A DNA stretch of 53,519 bases from Desulfuromonadaceae bacterium UBA5613. GTDB lineage: Bacteria; Desulfobacterota; Desulfuromonadia; Desulfuromonadales; UBA2197. Under the pieces are notes generated by a model, which saw only the letters and a program-made list of their open reading frames with translations, was not told where the DNA came from and made no database searches. Positions 19,220-28,104 of the stretch are shown here, piece after piece. Made by a program: the position numbers and the translations under genes. Each line of letters opens with the position of its first letter. Position 1 is the first letter of the stretch. The stretch lies in the NCBI GenBank assembly GCA_002424625.1, contig DIKR01000066.1, forward strand, positions 26,649 through 80,167, written 5' to 3'.

Positions 19220-20692
19220 GTGATTATGTCTAACAAAACAAAATATGCTAAAGCTGGCGATTACGAACGTCACGAACAGCGCCTTATCAATGAAATCCAT
19301 GAGTTACTCGTAACCCATTACGGTGGAGCTCTTAGCGAGGAAGAGCTGGATAAGGCCTTGGATCAATTGCAGAAGGCCATTGTTCTGGCGCGGGCATCAC
19401 ATACCGGTCAACTGCGGAAATCGGGCGAACCTTACTTTATTCATCCGATCCGTGTTGCCCATCTTGCCGCCAGGCACTGGATGGATTTCTCATCGATCAT
19501 GGCCACCATTCTGCATGATGTTGTTGAAGATACTCCGGTCACCATCAAGGAGATTCAGGACCAGTTCGGCAGCGATGTAGCGCTGCTCGTCGACGGCTTG
19601 ACCAAGGCGGAAAATCCGGATCTGAGTCGTGAAGATCTGAAGGCCGAGACCTACCGCAAGCAGTTGCTGACAGCAATTCGTGACGTTCGGGTGCTGTGTC
19701 TGAAGGTTTGGGATCGTACCGATAATCTGCAAACGATAGGTGCTCTGCACCCGGACAAACAGTCGCTGATTGCCGAGGAGACGCGCATGGTCTATGTCCC
19801 TCTGGCCAGGCATCTGGGAATGGGCAGGGCGGCTTCTGAGCTGGAAGCCCTTTCTCTGGCGGTCCTTTATCCCCGCCGGGTCAGGCGTTACCGTGAAGCT
19901 GTGCGCACCCTGCAAGAGAGCGTCGATTCCTATCTGCGCAAAATCAAGGGTGAAATCCAGCACGCTTTCGACCATGCCAAACTTCCGGTCATTATCCGTG
20001 ATCGTTGGCGCCCTTTTTCGATAGTTGCAGCTCATGACGCGCAACGCGGCCTCGCCTCACTTTATACTCTCGAAATTCAGGTTGATCGTACCCGTGATGC
20101 ATATATTGGTTTGGGGTTGTTGCACGGCATTTTTTCACCAATTCCCGGTAAATTACGCGACCATCTTCGTACTCCCTCTCAATTTGGCTATCAGGCATTA
20201 AAAACCACTGTGCAGGCCGGTGAACATCGTATTCGGGTTGAGATTACAACGCGCAAACTGGCGCGATTCAATCTTGCCGGAGTTTTGGCGCCGGGTTTTG
20301 ATTTCCACATGGAAAATTTTTCTGCCTTGATGCAATCGCTTCTTGACGGAGAGTCGGCAATCGATACGGATAGTTTGCGCCTTGCTTCGGCGGCGATACA
20401 GGTCTATACGCCGCGTGGTGAACGTCGGACCTTGCCGGAAGGGAGCAGTGCTCTCGATTTCGCTTTTGAGATTCACGAAGAGCTCGGCTTGCACGCCGTG
20501 CGTGCCAAGGTCAACGGCCAAACACGGCTGCTGAAATCGCGCTTAATGGATGGTGATCAAGTCTCGATTGAGCGTGCCGCAACACCTCAGATTCTGCCGA
20601 AATGTCTGGAGTGGGCAGTGACGCCTAAATCGAGAAATGCGATTCGTAAATATCTTCGCTCTGTACTTCGCGAAAATTCAGGGACTGAATGA
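19220..20692 (+). CDS. RelA/SpoT-homologue (RSH) protein: HD (p)ppGpp-hydrolase domain, degenerate synthetase-like region, TGS domain, no ACT/RRM tail
   Basis: HD signature (YFIHPIRVA, ILHDVVEDT) and TGS domain (IQVYTPRGERRTLPEGSSALDFAF). The middle region keeps the order of synthetase landmarks but not their residues. Confidence 0.8.
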   Translation: MIMSNKTKYAKAGDYERHEQRLINEIHELLVTHYGGALSEEELDKALDQLQKAIVLARASHTGQLRKSGEPYFIHPIRVAHLAARHWMDFSSIMATILHDVVEDTPVTIKEIQDQFGSDVALLVDGLTKAENPDLSREDLKAETYRKQLLTAIRDVRVLCLKVWDRTDNLQTIGALHPDKQSLIAEETRMVYVPLARHLGMGRAASELEALSLAVLYPRRVRRYREAVRTLQESVDSYLRKIKGEIQHAFDHAKLPVIIRDRWRPFSIVAAHDAQRGLASLYTLEIQVDRTRDAYIGLGLLHGIFSPIPGKLRDHLRTPSQFGYQALKTTVQAGEHRIRVEITTRKLARFNLAGVLAPGFDFHMENFSALMQSLLDGESAIDTDSLRLASAAIQVYTPRGERRTLPEGSSALDFAFEIHEELGLHAVRAKVNGQTRLLKSRLMDGDQVSIERAATPQILPKCLEWAVTPKSRNAIRKYLRSVLRENSGTE

Positions 20693-21750
20693 AGAAATTC
20701 GTACTAACTATTTGTATTCCATCCATTTTCCTTTTTGTCACTTTCCTTTTTGTCCCATCGGTTTTTGCTGCCAACCATCTTCATGCCTTCGTCTATCATC
20801 GCTTTGGTGATAATCGCTATCCCAGTACCAATATATCCTTAGCTGATTTTTCTGCGCAAATGCGCTATCTGCATGATCATGACTATCGGGTCATGCGGGC
20901 GGCAGAAGTGATCGCTCTCTTGCGAGAGAAAAAATCTCTGCCGCCGAAAACAGTTGTACTGACCGTCGATGATGCCTATAAAACCTTCAAAAGCGGTGCA
21001 ATGCCGATTTTGCGTCAGTATGGTTTTCCTGTCACTCTCTTTGTTAATACCGATAGTGTGGGTAGAAAGGATAGTCTTGACTGGGCCGAACTTCGGGAAC
21101 TGGTGTTAGAAGGGGTCGAGATTGGCAATCATACCGCCACGCATCGTTCTCTGGCAGTGCAACTTGCAAAGGAAAGTGCCACCGATTTCAGGCAGCGTCT
21201 GCGTAGGGATCTTGATCGGGCACAACAGATCTTGATTCGTGAACTCGGTGTTACCCCGCAACTCTTTGCTTATCCCTATGGAGAATATTCACTCCTGGCA
21301 CAAGAGATTGTGGAAGAGTCCGGATTTTTAGGTGCGTTTGCACAATATTCCGGGGTCATTGAGAAGGATGATCCCCTTTTTACTTTGGCAAGAACGCCAT
21401 TGGCCGGTTCTTATGCGACGCTCAAACAAATGCAGCAAAAGCTTGCATTCCGTCCCATGCCGGTTAAAGTTATCAAGCCCGCTGACACATTACTCGACAA
21501 GGAAAATCCGCCGATTCTGATTCTTGAAGTTCTCGATCCGCAGCTTGATCTCAAGGCTCTGCGTCTCTTTGTCAATGGTCAACCAGGAGGGATGGTACAA
21601 AGTGACCCGCAACATCCACGACAAATTATCGTGCGCGCAGACCAGACGTTAGGGGCAGGACGCAGTCAATATATTCTTACATCACCAGGAAAAGAAACAG
21701 GAACTTATTACGCGTTTACTCAGTTTTGGCTTAACAGATCGCGACCATAA
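20689..21750 (+). CDS. secreted polysaccharide deacetylase (NodB/PgaB-like) with an uncharacterised C-terminal domain
   Basis: Signal peptide, NodB motifs LTVDDAY and GNHTATH. ATGA overlap with the RSH gene. Confidence 0.8.
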   Translation: MKKFVLTICIPSIFLFVTFLFVPSVFAANHLHAFVYHRFGDNRYPSTNISLADFSAQMRYLHDHDYRVMRAAEVIALLREKKSLPPKTVVLTVDDAYKTFKSGAMPILRQYGFPVTLFVNTDSVGRKDSLDWAELRELVLEGVEIGNHTATHRSLAVQLAKESATDFRQRLRRDLDRAQQILIRELGVTPQLFAYPYGEYSLLAQEIVEESGFLGAFAQYSGVIEKDDPLFTLARTPLAGSYATLKQMQQKLAFRPMPVKVIKPADTLLDKENPPILILEVLDPQLDLKALRLFVNGQPGGMVQSDPQHPRQIIVRADQTLGAGRSQYILTSPGKETGTYYAFTQFWLNRSRP

Positions 21751-22739
21751 AATTGCCTGGACGCTTGCGGGGGGATATTCTCGACAGGGAATGAAGACGA
21801 CATTTCTTCTTGGCGCAGGCTGGCTTTGGCGGTGTGTTTCGGTAAATTATTGGCACGAATAATGGCACGAATGTCATCGACATACGCCTCTTTGCGTGTT
21901 GAATATAACAGTAATCCCCTGGCCAACTCCATTCCCCGGACATCTTCTCCGCGCATCTGTATCTCCGCCCGGATTTGCCGTAATTCCTGATAAGCCGGAT
22001 GGGTATTGAGATTACGGATGTAGGCGCGGAGCGAATCGATCAGCGTCGGGAAGGTCCGCGCCCGATGTTTTTCACCTTCCTGACGATTGAGAGGCATAAT
22101 CCCCTCGGCGCTGGCAGTAAAGACCATTTCACCGAACAGGTTGTTCCCTAAACGGGCAAATCGCGAAGTCCCGTAGGCAGATTCACTGGCAGCCTGCGCT
22201 AAAGCCAGTGAGGGGGGGATTTTATTGAAGCGATTAAGGAGTAAGAGGCGGGCCCGGCGGTCGGTTAAGGGGTCGCTTTTAACTTTTGTGTAGTGGGCTG
22301 CTGCGGAGATTTGCTCTGTTTCTCTGGCGTTAAGGGGTTCATTACGATCATGACGAGAAAAGATTTCGAGTAGTGCCGTGCGTTCCGAGTCAATCTCCTC
22401 ATTGACGAGCAGGATCATCGGCAGCAAGGTGAGAAAGAATATTTTTTTGCGCTCTGAACCCGCAGCCAATTCATGAAAATCGTCCGGGAATTTTTCAACA
22501 ATCACGGCAGGGACACCCTGCATGACAGTGTTCCAAGTATAATTAATTTCTGAAAAATAGCGATAAAGGTCGTGGCGGGACTGCGGTGAAATCACTTCAA
22601 GGCGCCGCTGCGAATCCAGCGCTGTATAAGCCGCATTATCGACAGACAAGGTGTTTTTTTGATTGTTCTGGCACCCGGACAACCCAGTGAGGAGGGGAAG
22701 CAAGGCGAATATGACGAGTACTTTATAAAATGTCCGCAT
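21720..22739 (-). CDS. Bax-like lipoprotein with a glucosaminidase (FlgJ/mannosyl-glycoprotein endo-beta-N-acetylglucosaminidase) domain
   Basis: Start trimmed to MRTFYKVLVIFALLPLLTGLSGC (lipobox LSGC). Glucosaminidase core LALAQAASESAYGTSRFARLGNNLFG. The 3' end overlaps the convergent deacetylase gene by 31 nt. Confidence 0.8.
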   Translation of the reverse strand: MRTFYKVLVIFALLPLLTGLSGCQNNQKNTLSVDNAAYTALDSQRRLEVISPQSRHDLYRYFSEINYTWNTVMQGVPAVIVEKFPDDFHELAAGSERKKIFFLTLLPMILLVNEEIDSERTALLEIFSRHDRNEPLNARETEQISAAAHYTKVKSDPLTDRRARLLLLNRFNKIPPSLALAQAASESAYGTSRFARLGNNLFGEMVFTASAEGIMPLNRQEGEKHRARTFPTLIDSLRAYIRNLNTHPAYQELRQIRAEIQMRGEDVRGMELARGLLLYSTRKEAYVDDIRAIIRANNLPKHTAKASLRQEEMSSSFPVENIPPQASRQFYGRDLLSQN

Positions 22740-22747
22740 AAAAAATA

Positions 22748-22770
22748 AAATCCGCTTAAGCAGCGGATTT
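22748..22770 (-). other. 9-bp hairpin plus U-tract immediately upstream of the Bax-like start codon (terminator-like leader element)
   Basis: On the minus strand: AAATCCGCT-GCTTA-AGCGGATTT followed by TATTTTT(T)ATG. Confidence 0.4.
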
Positions 22771-23029
22771 ATAACTATAGCATGAACTTTCCTTGGTAGC
22801 AATATAATCCTTTATTTCAGGCTTAACATCTTGATATTTAATCATTTTTTTATTGGGTTGTACGGATTAAGTTTAAGCTTTTTTTGTGATGCCTCTTGAT
22901 TATTTGTGCTTTCCCCTATAGATTTACAGCATCCATTCATCCATTTTCGGGGAGAGACCTATTATTTTAAGCGGAAGCGTATCGACACTAAACGTTTTGA
23001 ATTCTTGATTTTTCCATGAAAGAGGGTCT

Positions 23030-24040
23030 ATGAAGAAAATCCTTGTGACGGGTACGGCCGGGTTCATCGGTTATCACACTTGTAAGCAGCTGCTTGAATC
23101 CGGATATGAGGTTGTTGGCATTGATAATCTTAATGACTATTACGATGTAACCCTCAAGGAGGCACGCCTCACTCGACTGCAAGGGATGCGGAACTTTTCA
23201 TTTATGCGTCTTGACCTTGCGGATCGGGACGGGATGGATGAGCTCTTTTTGTCACAGAAGTTCGACACGGTCATTCATCTTGCGGCACAGGCCGGGGTTC
23301 GCTACTCCATCCAGAATCCGCACGCCTACATTGACTCAAATCTGGTCGGGTTTATTAATATCCTTGAGGGGTGTCGGCATCATCAGGTTCAGCACCTGAC
23401 CTATGCTTCCTCAAGTTCAGTTTACGGTGCCAACACGACTCTTCCCTTTTCCATTCATGATAATGTCGATCATCCGCTCTCCCTTTACGCGGCAACGAAA
23501 AAAGCCAATGAGTTGATGGCTCATACTTATTCAAATCTGTATGGCTTACCGACGACCGGTTTACGCTTTTTTACGGTTTACGGTCCCTGGGGACGTCCGG
23601 ATATGGCCCTCTTCCTTTTTACTGACGCCATTATCAAGGGGCGCCCCATCGATGTTTACAATCATGGCCAGATGCAGCGCGATTTCACCTATATCGATGA
23701 CATCGTTGAAGGAGTTGTTCGCGTTGCCGCTCGGCCGGCGCAGGCCAATCCGCACTGGAGTGGAGCAACTCCCGACCCCGGTTCAAGCTTTGCTCCCTGG
23801 CGGGTCTATAATATCGGCAATCACTCGCCGGTCGAACTCCTCCACTTTATCCGCACGATTGAAGAGAAGCTCGGGCGCCAGGCACAAATCAATTTTCTGC
23901 CGCTCCAACCTGGTGATGTCCCGGCAACCTGCGCTGATGTCGCTGATTTGATGCAGGATGTCGATTTTAAACCAGCGACACCGATTGAAGTCGGCATCAG
24001 CCGCTTTATCGATTGGTATCGCGATTATTACCACTGTTAA
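23030..24040 (+). CDS. NAD-dependent epimerase, UDP-glucuronate 4-epimerase type
   Basis: GTAGFIGYH Rossmann motif and YAATKKANE catalytic YxxxK. The N-terminal block [12 protein letters not shown] is typical of UDP-GlcA 4-epimerases. Confidence 0.86.
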   Translation: MKKILVTGTAGFIGYHTCKQLLESGYEVVGIDNLNDYYDVTLKEARLTRLQGMRNFSFMRLDLADRDGMDELFLSQKFDTVIHLAAQAGVRYSIQNPHAYIDSNLVGFINILEGCRHHQVQHLTYASSSSVYGANTTLPFSIHDNVDHPLSLYAATKKANELMAHTYSNLYGLPTTGLRFFTVYGPWGRPDMALFLFTDAIIKGRPIDVYNHGQMQRDFTYIDDIVEGVVRVAARPAQANPHWSGATPDPGSSFAPWRVYNIGNHSPVELLHFIRTIEEKLGRQAQINFLPLQPGDVPATCADVADLMQDVDFKPATPIEVGISRFIDWYRDYYHC

Positions 24041-24229
24041 TCCGAGACCGGGGCAGCCAGAAAATGACGATATCGAGCTGATTGCTGCAGCGCTCTGCAC
24101 TGGGAAAGGGTCTACGCGGCCCGGACCATCAAATTGAGTTAATACACGTTTGTCTATGTTGACGAGTCGCAAATCTCTGTTATTTTTCTCAATGAACTTT
24201 TTTCCGAGGAATAGAAAGCAGGGACTATT

Positions 24230-24613
24230 GTGGTGAATGAACGTAAAACGGTTTTGATTGTTGATGATGAGGAGAATGCCCGTATCGGACTGTCCTGTTT
24301 TCTCTGTCAGGAAGGGTACGAAGTCGAGACCGCCAGTAATGGCGAAGAAGCTCTGGAAATTTTGCGGGAACATCCTCATACGTCTTTAATTATCAGTGAT
24401 ATTAATATGCCCGGGATGAATGGCATGAGCTTGTTGCGCGAGGTGAATCGCCAGCATCCAGAAACGGCAATTATCATGGTCACAGCTTATGGTGAGGTTG
24501 AATCTTATATCGATGCGATGAACCTCGGCGCCTTTGAATATTTACATAAACCTGTCCGTACTGATGAGCTCAAGCTTGCCATGCGCAAAGTTTTCGCAAA
24601 AACCACTAATTAA
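24230..24613 (+). CDS. single-domain response regulator (CheY-like receiver)
   Basis: 127 aa with DDEE acidic pocket, phospho-acceptor in IISDINMPGMNG, and conserved K in LHKP. Confidence 0.88.
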   Translation: MVNERKTVLIVDDEENARIGLSCFLCQEGYEVETASNGEEALEILREHPHTSLIISDINMPGMNGMSLLREVNRQHPETAIIMVTAYGEVESYIDAMNLGAFEYLHKPVRTDELKLAMRKVFAKTTN

Positions 24614-24634
24614 ACATTAAGCGAGGTTAGACCT

Positions 24635-25081
24635 ATGAAAGCAATCAAGACCGTCCTCTTTGGCACCGATTTTTCTGCATCTTCTGACGAGGCATTTGCT
24701 TATGCACTTTCCTTTGCCCGTAACTTTGAAGCCCGTCTTTTCTTGTTGCACGTAATCAGTGAACCTGTTGATATGCGTGGTTTTTACGTGCCGCATATCT
24801 CGTTTGATTCCCTGGAATCTGAAATTATTGCCAGTGCAAAAAAGATGTTAAGCGATTTCTGCTCGGCACATTTAAAGGAAACCGATAACTATGCTTATGA
24901 CGTTGTCTCGGGTGTCCCCTTCGAAAAAATCATCGCTGTAGCCGAGCAGGAGCACGCTGATTTAATTGTTGTCGGGACCCACGGACGCGGCGGTCTGGAT
25001 CATCTTCTTTTTGGCAGCAACGCAGAAAAGATCGTCAGAAAATCGCCCGTACCGGTCTTGACGGTCAGGAAAAACGATTAA
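24635..25081 (+). CDS. universal stress protein (UspA family)
   Basis: 148 aa with the C-terminal ATP-binding motif VVGTHGRGGLDHLLFGSNAEKIVRKSPVPVL. Confidence 0.9.
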   Translation: MKAIKTVLFGTDFSASSDEAFAYALSFARNFEARLFLLHVISEPVDMRGFYVPHISFDSLESEIIASAKKMLSDFCSAHLKETDNYAYDVVSGVPFEKIIAVAEQEHADLIVVGTHGRGGLDHLLFGSNAEKIVRKSPVPVLTVRKND

Positions 25082-25108
25082 ACAGCCTTTGCGCATTTTA
25101 AAAACGTC

Positions 25109-25137
25109 TTGACGAAATGGCATGGGGTGTTTATTAT
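25109..25137 (+). promoter_or_regulatory. strong candidate sigma70 promoter upstream of greA
   Basis: TTGACG, a 17-nt spacer, then TATTAT. Confidence 0.5.
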
Positions 25138-25177
25138 CACCGCGGCTAAATCACTCCAGATGATTTAACGATTAGAC

Positions 25178-25206
25178 CGGGCGGGTTCTCCCCGCCCGTA
25201 TATTTT
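25178..25206 (+). terminator. intrinsic terminator-like hairpin inside the greA leader
   Basis: CGGGCGGG / CCCGCCCG 8-bp GC stem with a 5-nt loop, followed by TATATTTT. It lies about 35 nt after the promoter -10 and about 25 nt before the greA ATG. Confidence 0.5.
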
Positions 25207-25231
25207 CCAGCGTGTGAGGATTTTCAATTTC

Positions 25232-25708
25232 ATGTCCCAGTCCATACCGATGACCCCTGGTGGCTATCAAAGCCTTCAGGAAGAGCTGAAACGTTTGGTG
25301 CGTTTTGAAAGACAGGCAGTGGTTCAGGCGATTGCCGAAGCCCGTGGTCATGGCGACCTGTCCGAGAATGCTGAATATGAAGCGGCAAAAGACCGCCAGG
25401 CATTTATTGAGGGCCGCATCAAGGAGCTGAACGATAAAATCGCCCGTGCCCAAGTCATTAATCCCGCGGACCTGGCCGGCAATAAAGTTGTCTTTGGTGC
25501 AACCGTCACCCTCTTTGATTCGGATACCGATACAGAAGTCACCTATCAAATTGTCGGTGAAGATGAAGCGGATATCAAGAATGGCAAGATTTCTGTGACC
25601 TCTCCGGTTGGCAAGGCATTGATCGGTCATCTCCTGGACGAGGAAGTTCGTATCAAGGTTCCATCGGGAATCAAAATTTTCGAAATAACCAATATCCGTT
25701 TTGAATAG
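25232..25708 (+). CDS. greA: transcription elongation factor GreA
   Basis: Start trimmed to MSQSIPMTPGGYQSLQEELKRL after the GAGGA RBS. Conserved acidic tip (GDLSENAEYEAAKD). Confidence 0.95.
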   Translation: MSQSIPMTPGGYQSLQEELKRLVRFERQAVVQAIAEARGHGDLSENAEYEAAKDRQAFIEGRIKELNDKIARAQVINPADLAGNKVVFGATVTLFDSDTDTEVTYQIVGEDEADIKNGKISVTSPVGKALIGHLLDEEVRIKVPSGIKIFEITNIRFE

Positions 25709-25720
25709 TGAGGCATACTC

Positions 25721-25915
25721 GTGTCGATTCTTGATAAAAAAACCAATGTAGCGAAAATGCTGCAGGAATATCCGCAGACCGCGGCGGTTTTAAAAAAATA
25801 CCGACTCGGTTGTATCGGTTGTCACGGAATAAAACACGAGACTATCGAGCGTGGCGCCATTGCTCACGGCATTGATCTTAACGCGTTGCTGCATGATTTA
25901 AACGCTGCACTTTAA
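25721..25915 (+). CDS. DUF1858-type small redox-disulfide protein (CxxC)
   Basis: 64 aa with motif YPQTAAVLKKYRLGCIGCHG. A paralogue lies at 31880..32071. Confidence 0.75.
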   Translation: MSILDKKTNVAKMLQEYPQTAAVLKKYRLGCIGCHGIKHETIERGAIAHGIDLNALLHDLNAAL

Positions 25916-25927
25916 GTGGGGGGCAGG

Positions 25928-28051
25928 ATGTCCCCGGCACAAACGAATTCACAAACTTTGGGCCGATCTCTCGAATTACTTCGCGGGATCGGCCCAACGC
26001 TTTTGCAGCGACTGCATCGTCTTGGCCTGCGTACCGTCGACGACCTCCTCTTTACTCTCCCCAGCCGTTATGAAGACCGCCGCACCCTGCGCAGCATCAG
26101 TCAACTTCAAGTCGGAGCGCAAGAGGTCTTTCGCGCCCTGATTGTTAGCAGCGGCGAATCTCAGACCGGCAAGGGGCGGCGCTTGTACGAAGTGCTTGTC
26201 GGGGATGGCAGCGGTCAACAAGTGGCGCTGCGCTGGTTTCATTATCGCCTGGCAGCCATGCGCCAGCAGTACCAGGTCGGGCGGCATCTCTACGTGATTG
26301 GTGAGGTGAAACGCTTTGGGCATCTTCGTGAAATCCATCACCCTGAGATCGAGTTTATCGATGATCTGCAACAAAAAAGTGATCTCGTCGGTCATATCCT
26401 GCCGGTCTATCCGCTCACGGAGGGATTGACGCAACGCCGTGCCCGCAAACTCTGGCACAACGCCTGTACTCTTTATGCCCGCGAAGTCATTAGTGCGATC
26501 CCTGCGGATATTCTTGCCAAGCACGCTTTATTGCCCTTGGGGAACGCGTTACAGGAGGTCCACGCTCCTGACGATACCAGCGATTTTATCGCCCTGAATG
26601 CGGGACGCAGCCCGGCCCGCCGCACATTGGCTTTTGACGAATTCTTCTTTCTCGAACTCGGCCTCGCTCTCAAGCGGCAGGGTCTGGCACTGGAAACCGG
26701 CATCCCCTTTAGCATATCGCATCGTTTCACTAAACCGTTGGCACAGCTGCTCCCTTATAAACTCACCGCGGCACAACGGCGGGTTCTTGGGGAAATTCGC
26801 GACGATTTACTCCGAGCGCAACCGATGAACCGTTTGCTGCAAGGGGATGTCGGCAGTGGCAAGACCATTGTCGCCCTGATGACGGCACTTCTGGCCATTG
26901 AAAATGATTGTCAGGTGGCGCTGCTGGCGCCGACAGAGATCCTCGCTGAACAGCATTATCGTCAGTTTGCTCATTGGATGCAGCAACTCGGCCTTCGTTG
27001 TGCCCTCTTAACCGGTTCCACCGGAGCGAAGGAACGTCGGGAGATTATCGCTGCGACCCAAAGCGGTGCGATTCATCTCCTGGTGGGCACGCACGCCGTT
27101 CTGCAGGAAGGGGTCGAGTTTCAGCGTCTTGGCCTCGGTATTGTCGATGAACAGCATCGTTTTGGCGTCCGGCAACGCAGTCAGTTGCGCCGCAAGGGCG
27201 TCTCTCCGCACATTCTGGTCATGACTGCCACGCCGATCCCCCGCACACTCTCTCTGACCCTTTATGGTGATCTCGCGCTGTCAGTGATTGACGAACTGCC
27301 GCCGGGACGGACGCCGATTGTGACGCAGGTCTTTTCCGAGGCGGGGAGGGGGCGGGTATACGAAAGGATCCGCCGTGAATTAAGCCGGGGACGGCAGGCG
27401 TATATTGTCTATCCTCTGGTCGAAGAGTCGGAGAAGGTCGATCTCCTTGACGCCGAGAGTGGGGCAGGGCGGCTGCAGAGCGCAATTTTCCCCGATTACA
27501 AGGTCGGCCTTTTGCACGGACGACTGCGCGGCGAAGAGAAGGACGCGGTCATGACCGCCTTTGCTGCTGGCGAAATTCATCTTTTGGTCGCTACGACGGT
27601 GATTGAAGTCGGTATCGACGTGCCGAACGCGACGATCATGGTGATTGAACATGCCGAACGCTTTGGATTGGCACAGCTTCACCAGTTACGCGGCCGGGTC
27701 GGACGCGGCGCCGCCGAGAGTCATTGTTTTTTATTAAAGGGGAGTCAATGCGGGCAGGATGGCGAGGAGCGTTTGGCGGTCCTGGCGCGTACCACCGACG
27801 GATTTCAAGTCGCCGAAGCGGATCTCAAGATCCGCGGACCGGGGGAATTTCTCGGCACCAAGCAATCCGGCATCCCGGATCTGCGTGTGGCCGATCTGCT
27901 CCGTGATGGCCATATCCTTGAGGAAGCCCGCTCTGCCGCCTTTGCTCTGGCTGGGCGGCCGGATTTTTTGAGTAGTGATGAGTATGCGCAGACCCGGCAG
28001 GAATTACGGGCGCGATGGGGAAGTCGGCTGGAATTGGCAAGTATCGGTTAA
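25928..28051 (+). CDS. recG: ATP-dependent DNA helicase RecG
   Basis: Wedge/OB N-terminal region, Walker A GDVGSGKT, DEQHRFG, TATPIPRTL, QLRGRVGRG. ATG chosen after GGGGGCAGG; a GTG at 25916 is possible. Confidence 0.95.
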   Translation: MSPAQTNSQTLGRSLELLRGIGPTLLQRLHRLGLRTVDDLLFTLPSRYEDRRTLRSISQLQVGAQEVFRALIVSSGESQTGKGRRLYEVLVGDGSGQQVALRWFHYRLAAMRQQYQVGRHLYVIGEVKRFGHLREIHHPEIEFIDDLQQKSDLVGHILPVYPLTEGLTQRRARKLWHNACTLYAREVISAIPADILAKHALLPLGNALQEVHAPDDTSDFIALNAGRSPARRTLAFDEFFFLELGLALKRQGLALETGIPFSISHRFTKPLAQLLPYKLTAAQRRVLGEIRDDLLRAQPMNRLLQGDVGSGKTIVALMTALLAIENDCQVALLAPTEILAEQHYRQFAHWMQQLGLRCALLTGSTGAKERREIIAATQSGAIHLLVGTHAVLQEGVEFQRLGLGIVDEQHRFGVRQRSQLRRKGVSPHILVMTATPIPRTLSLTLYGDLALSVIDELPPGRTPIVTQVFSEAGRGRVYERIRRELSRGRQAYIVYPLVEESEKVDLLDAESGAGRLQSAIFPDYKVGLLHGRLRGEEKDAVMTAFAAGEIHLLVATTVIEVGIDVPNATIMVIEHAERFGLAQLHQLRGRVGRGAAESHCFLLKGSQCGQDGEERLAVLARTTDGFQVAEADLKIRGPGEFLGTKQSGIPDLRVADLLRDGHILEEARSAAFALAGRPDFLSSDEYAQTRQELRARWGSRLELASIG

Positions 28052-28093
28052 CAAGGACGGCGCCCGAAATTTCGAGCGCCGTCCTTGTCTTTA
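28051..28093. terminator. bidirectional terminator between convergent recG and maeB
   Basis: ACAAGGACGGCGC / GCGCCGTCCTTGT 13-bp stem with a T-rich flank. Confidence 0.7.
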
Positions 28094-28104
28094 TGCACTG
28101 GAGA

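Noticed and set aside
22740-23029. A c-di-GMP/cGAMP (GEMM-I) riboswitch in the Bax-gene leader.
   Set aside because: I could not find the paired P1/P2 stems with a GNRA tetraloop and receptor, or the conserved GGCAAA...GACGCAAAGCC-type core, on either strand. Only the terminal hairpin is supported, and it is reported separately as an unexplained element.
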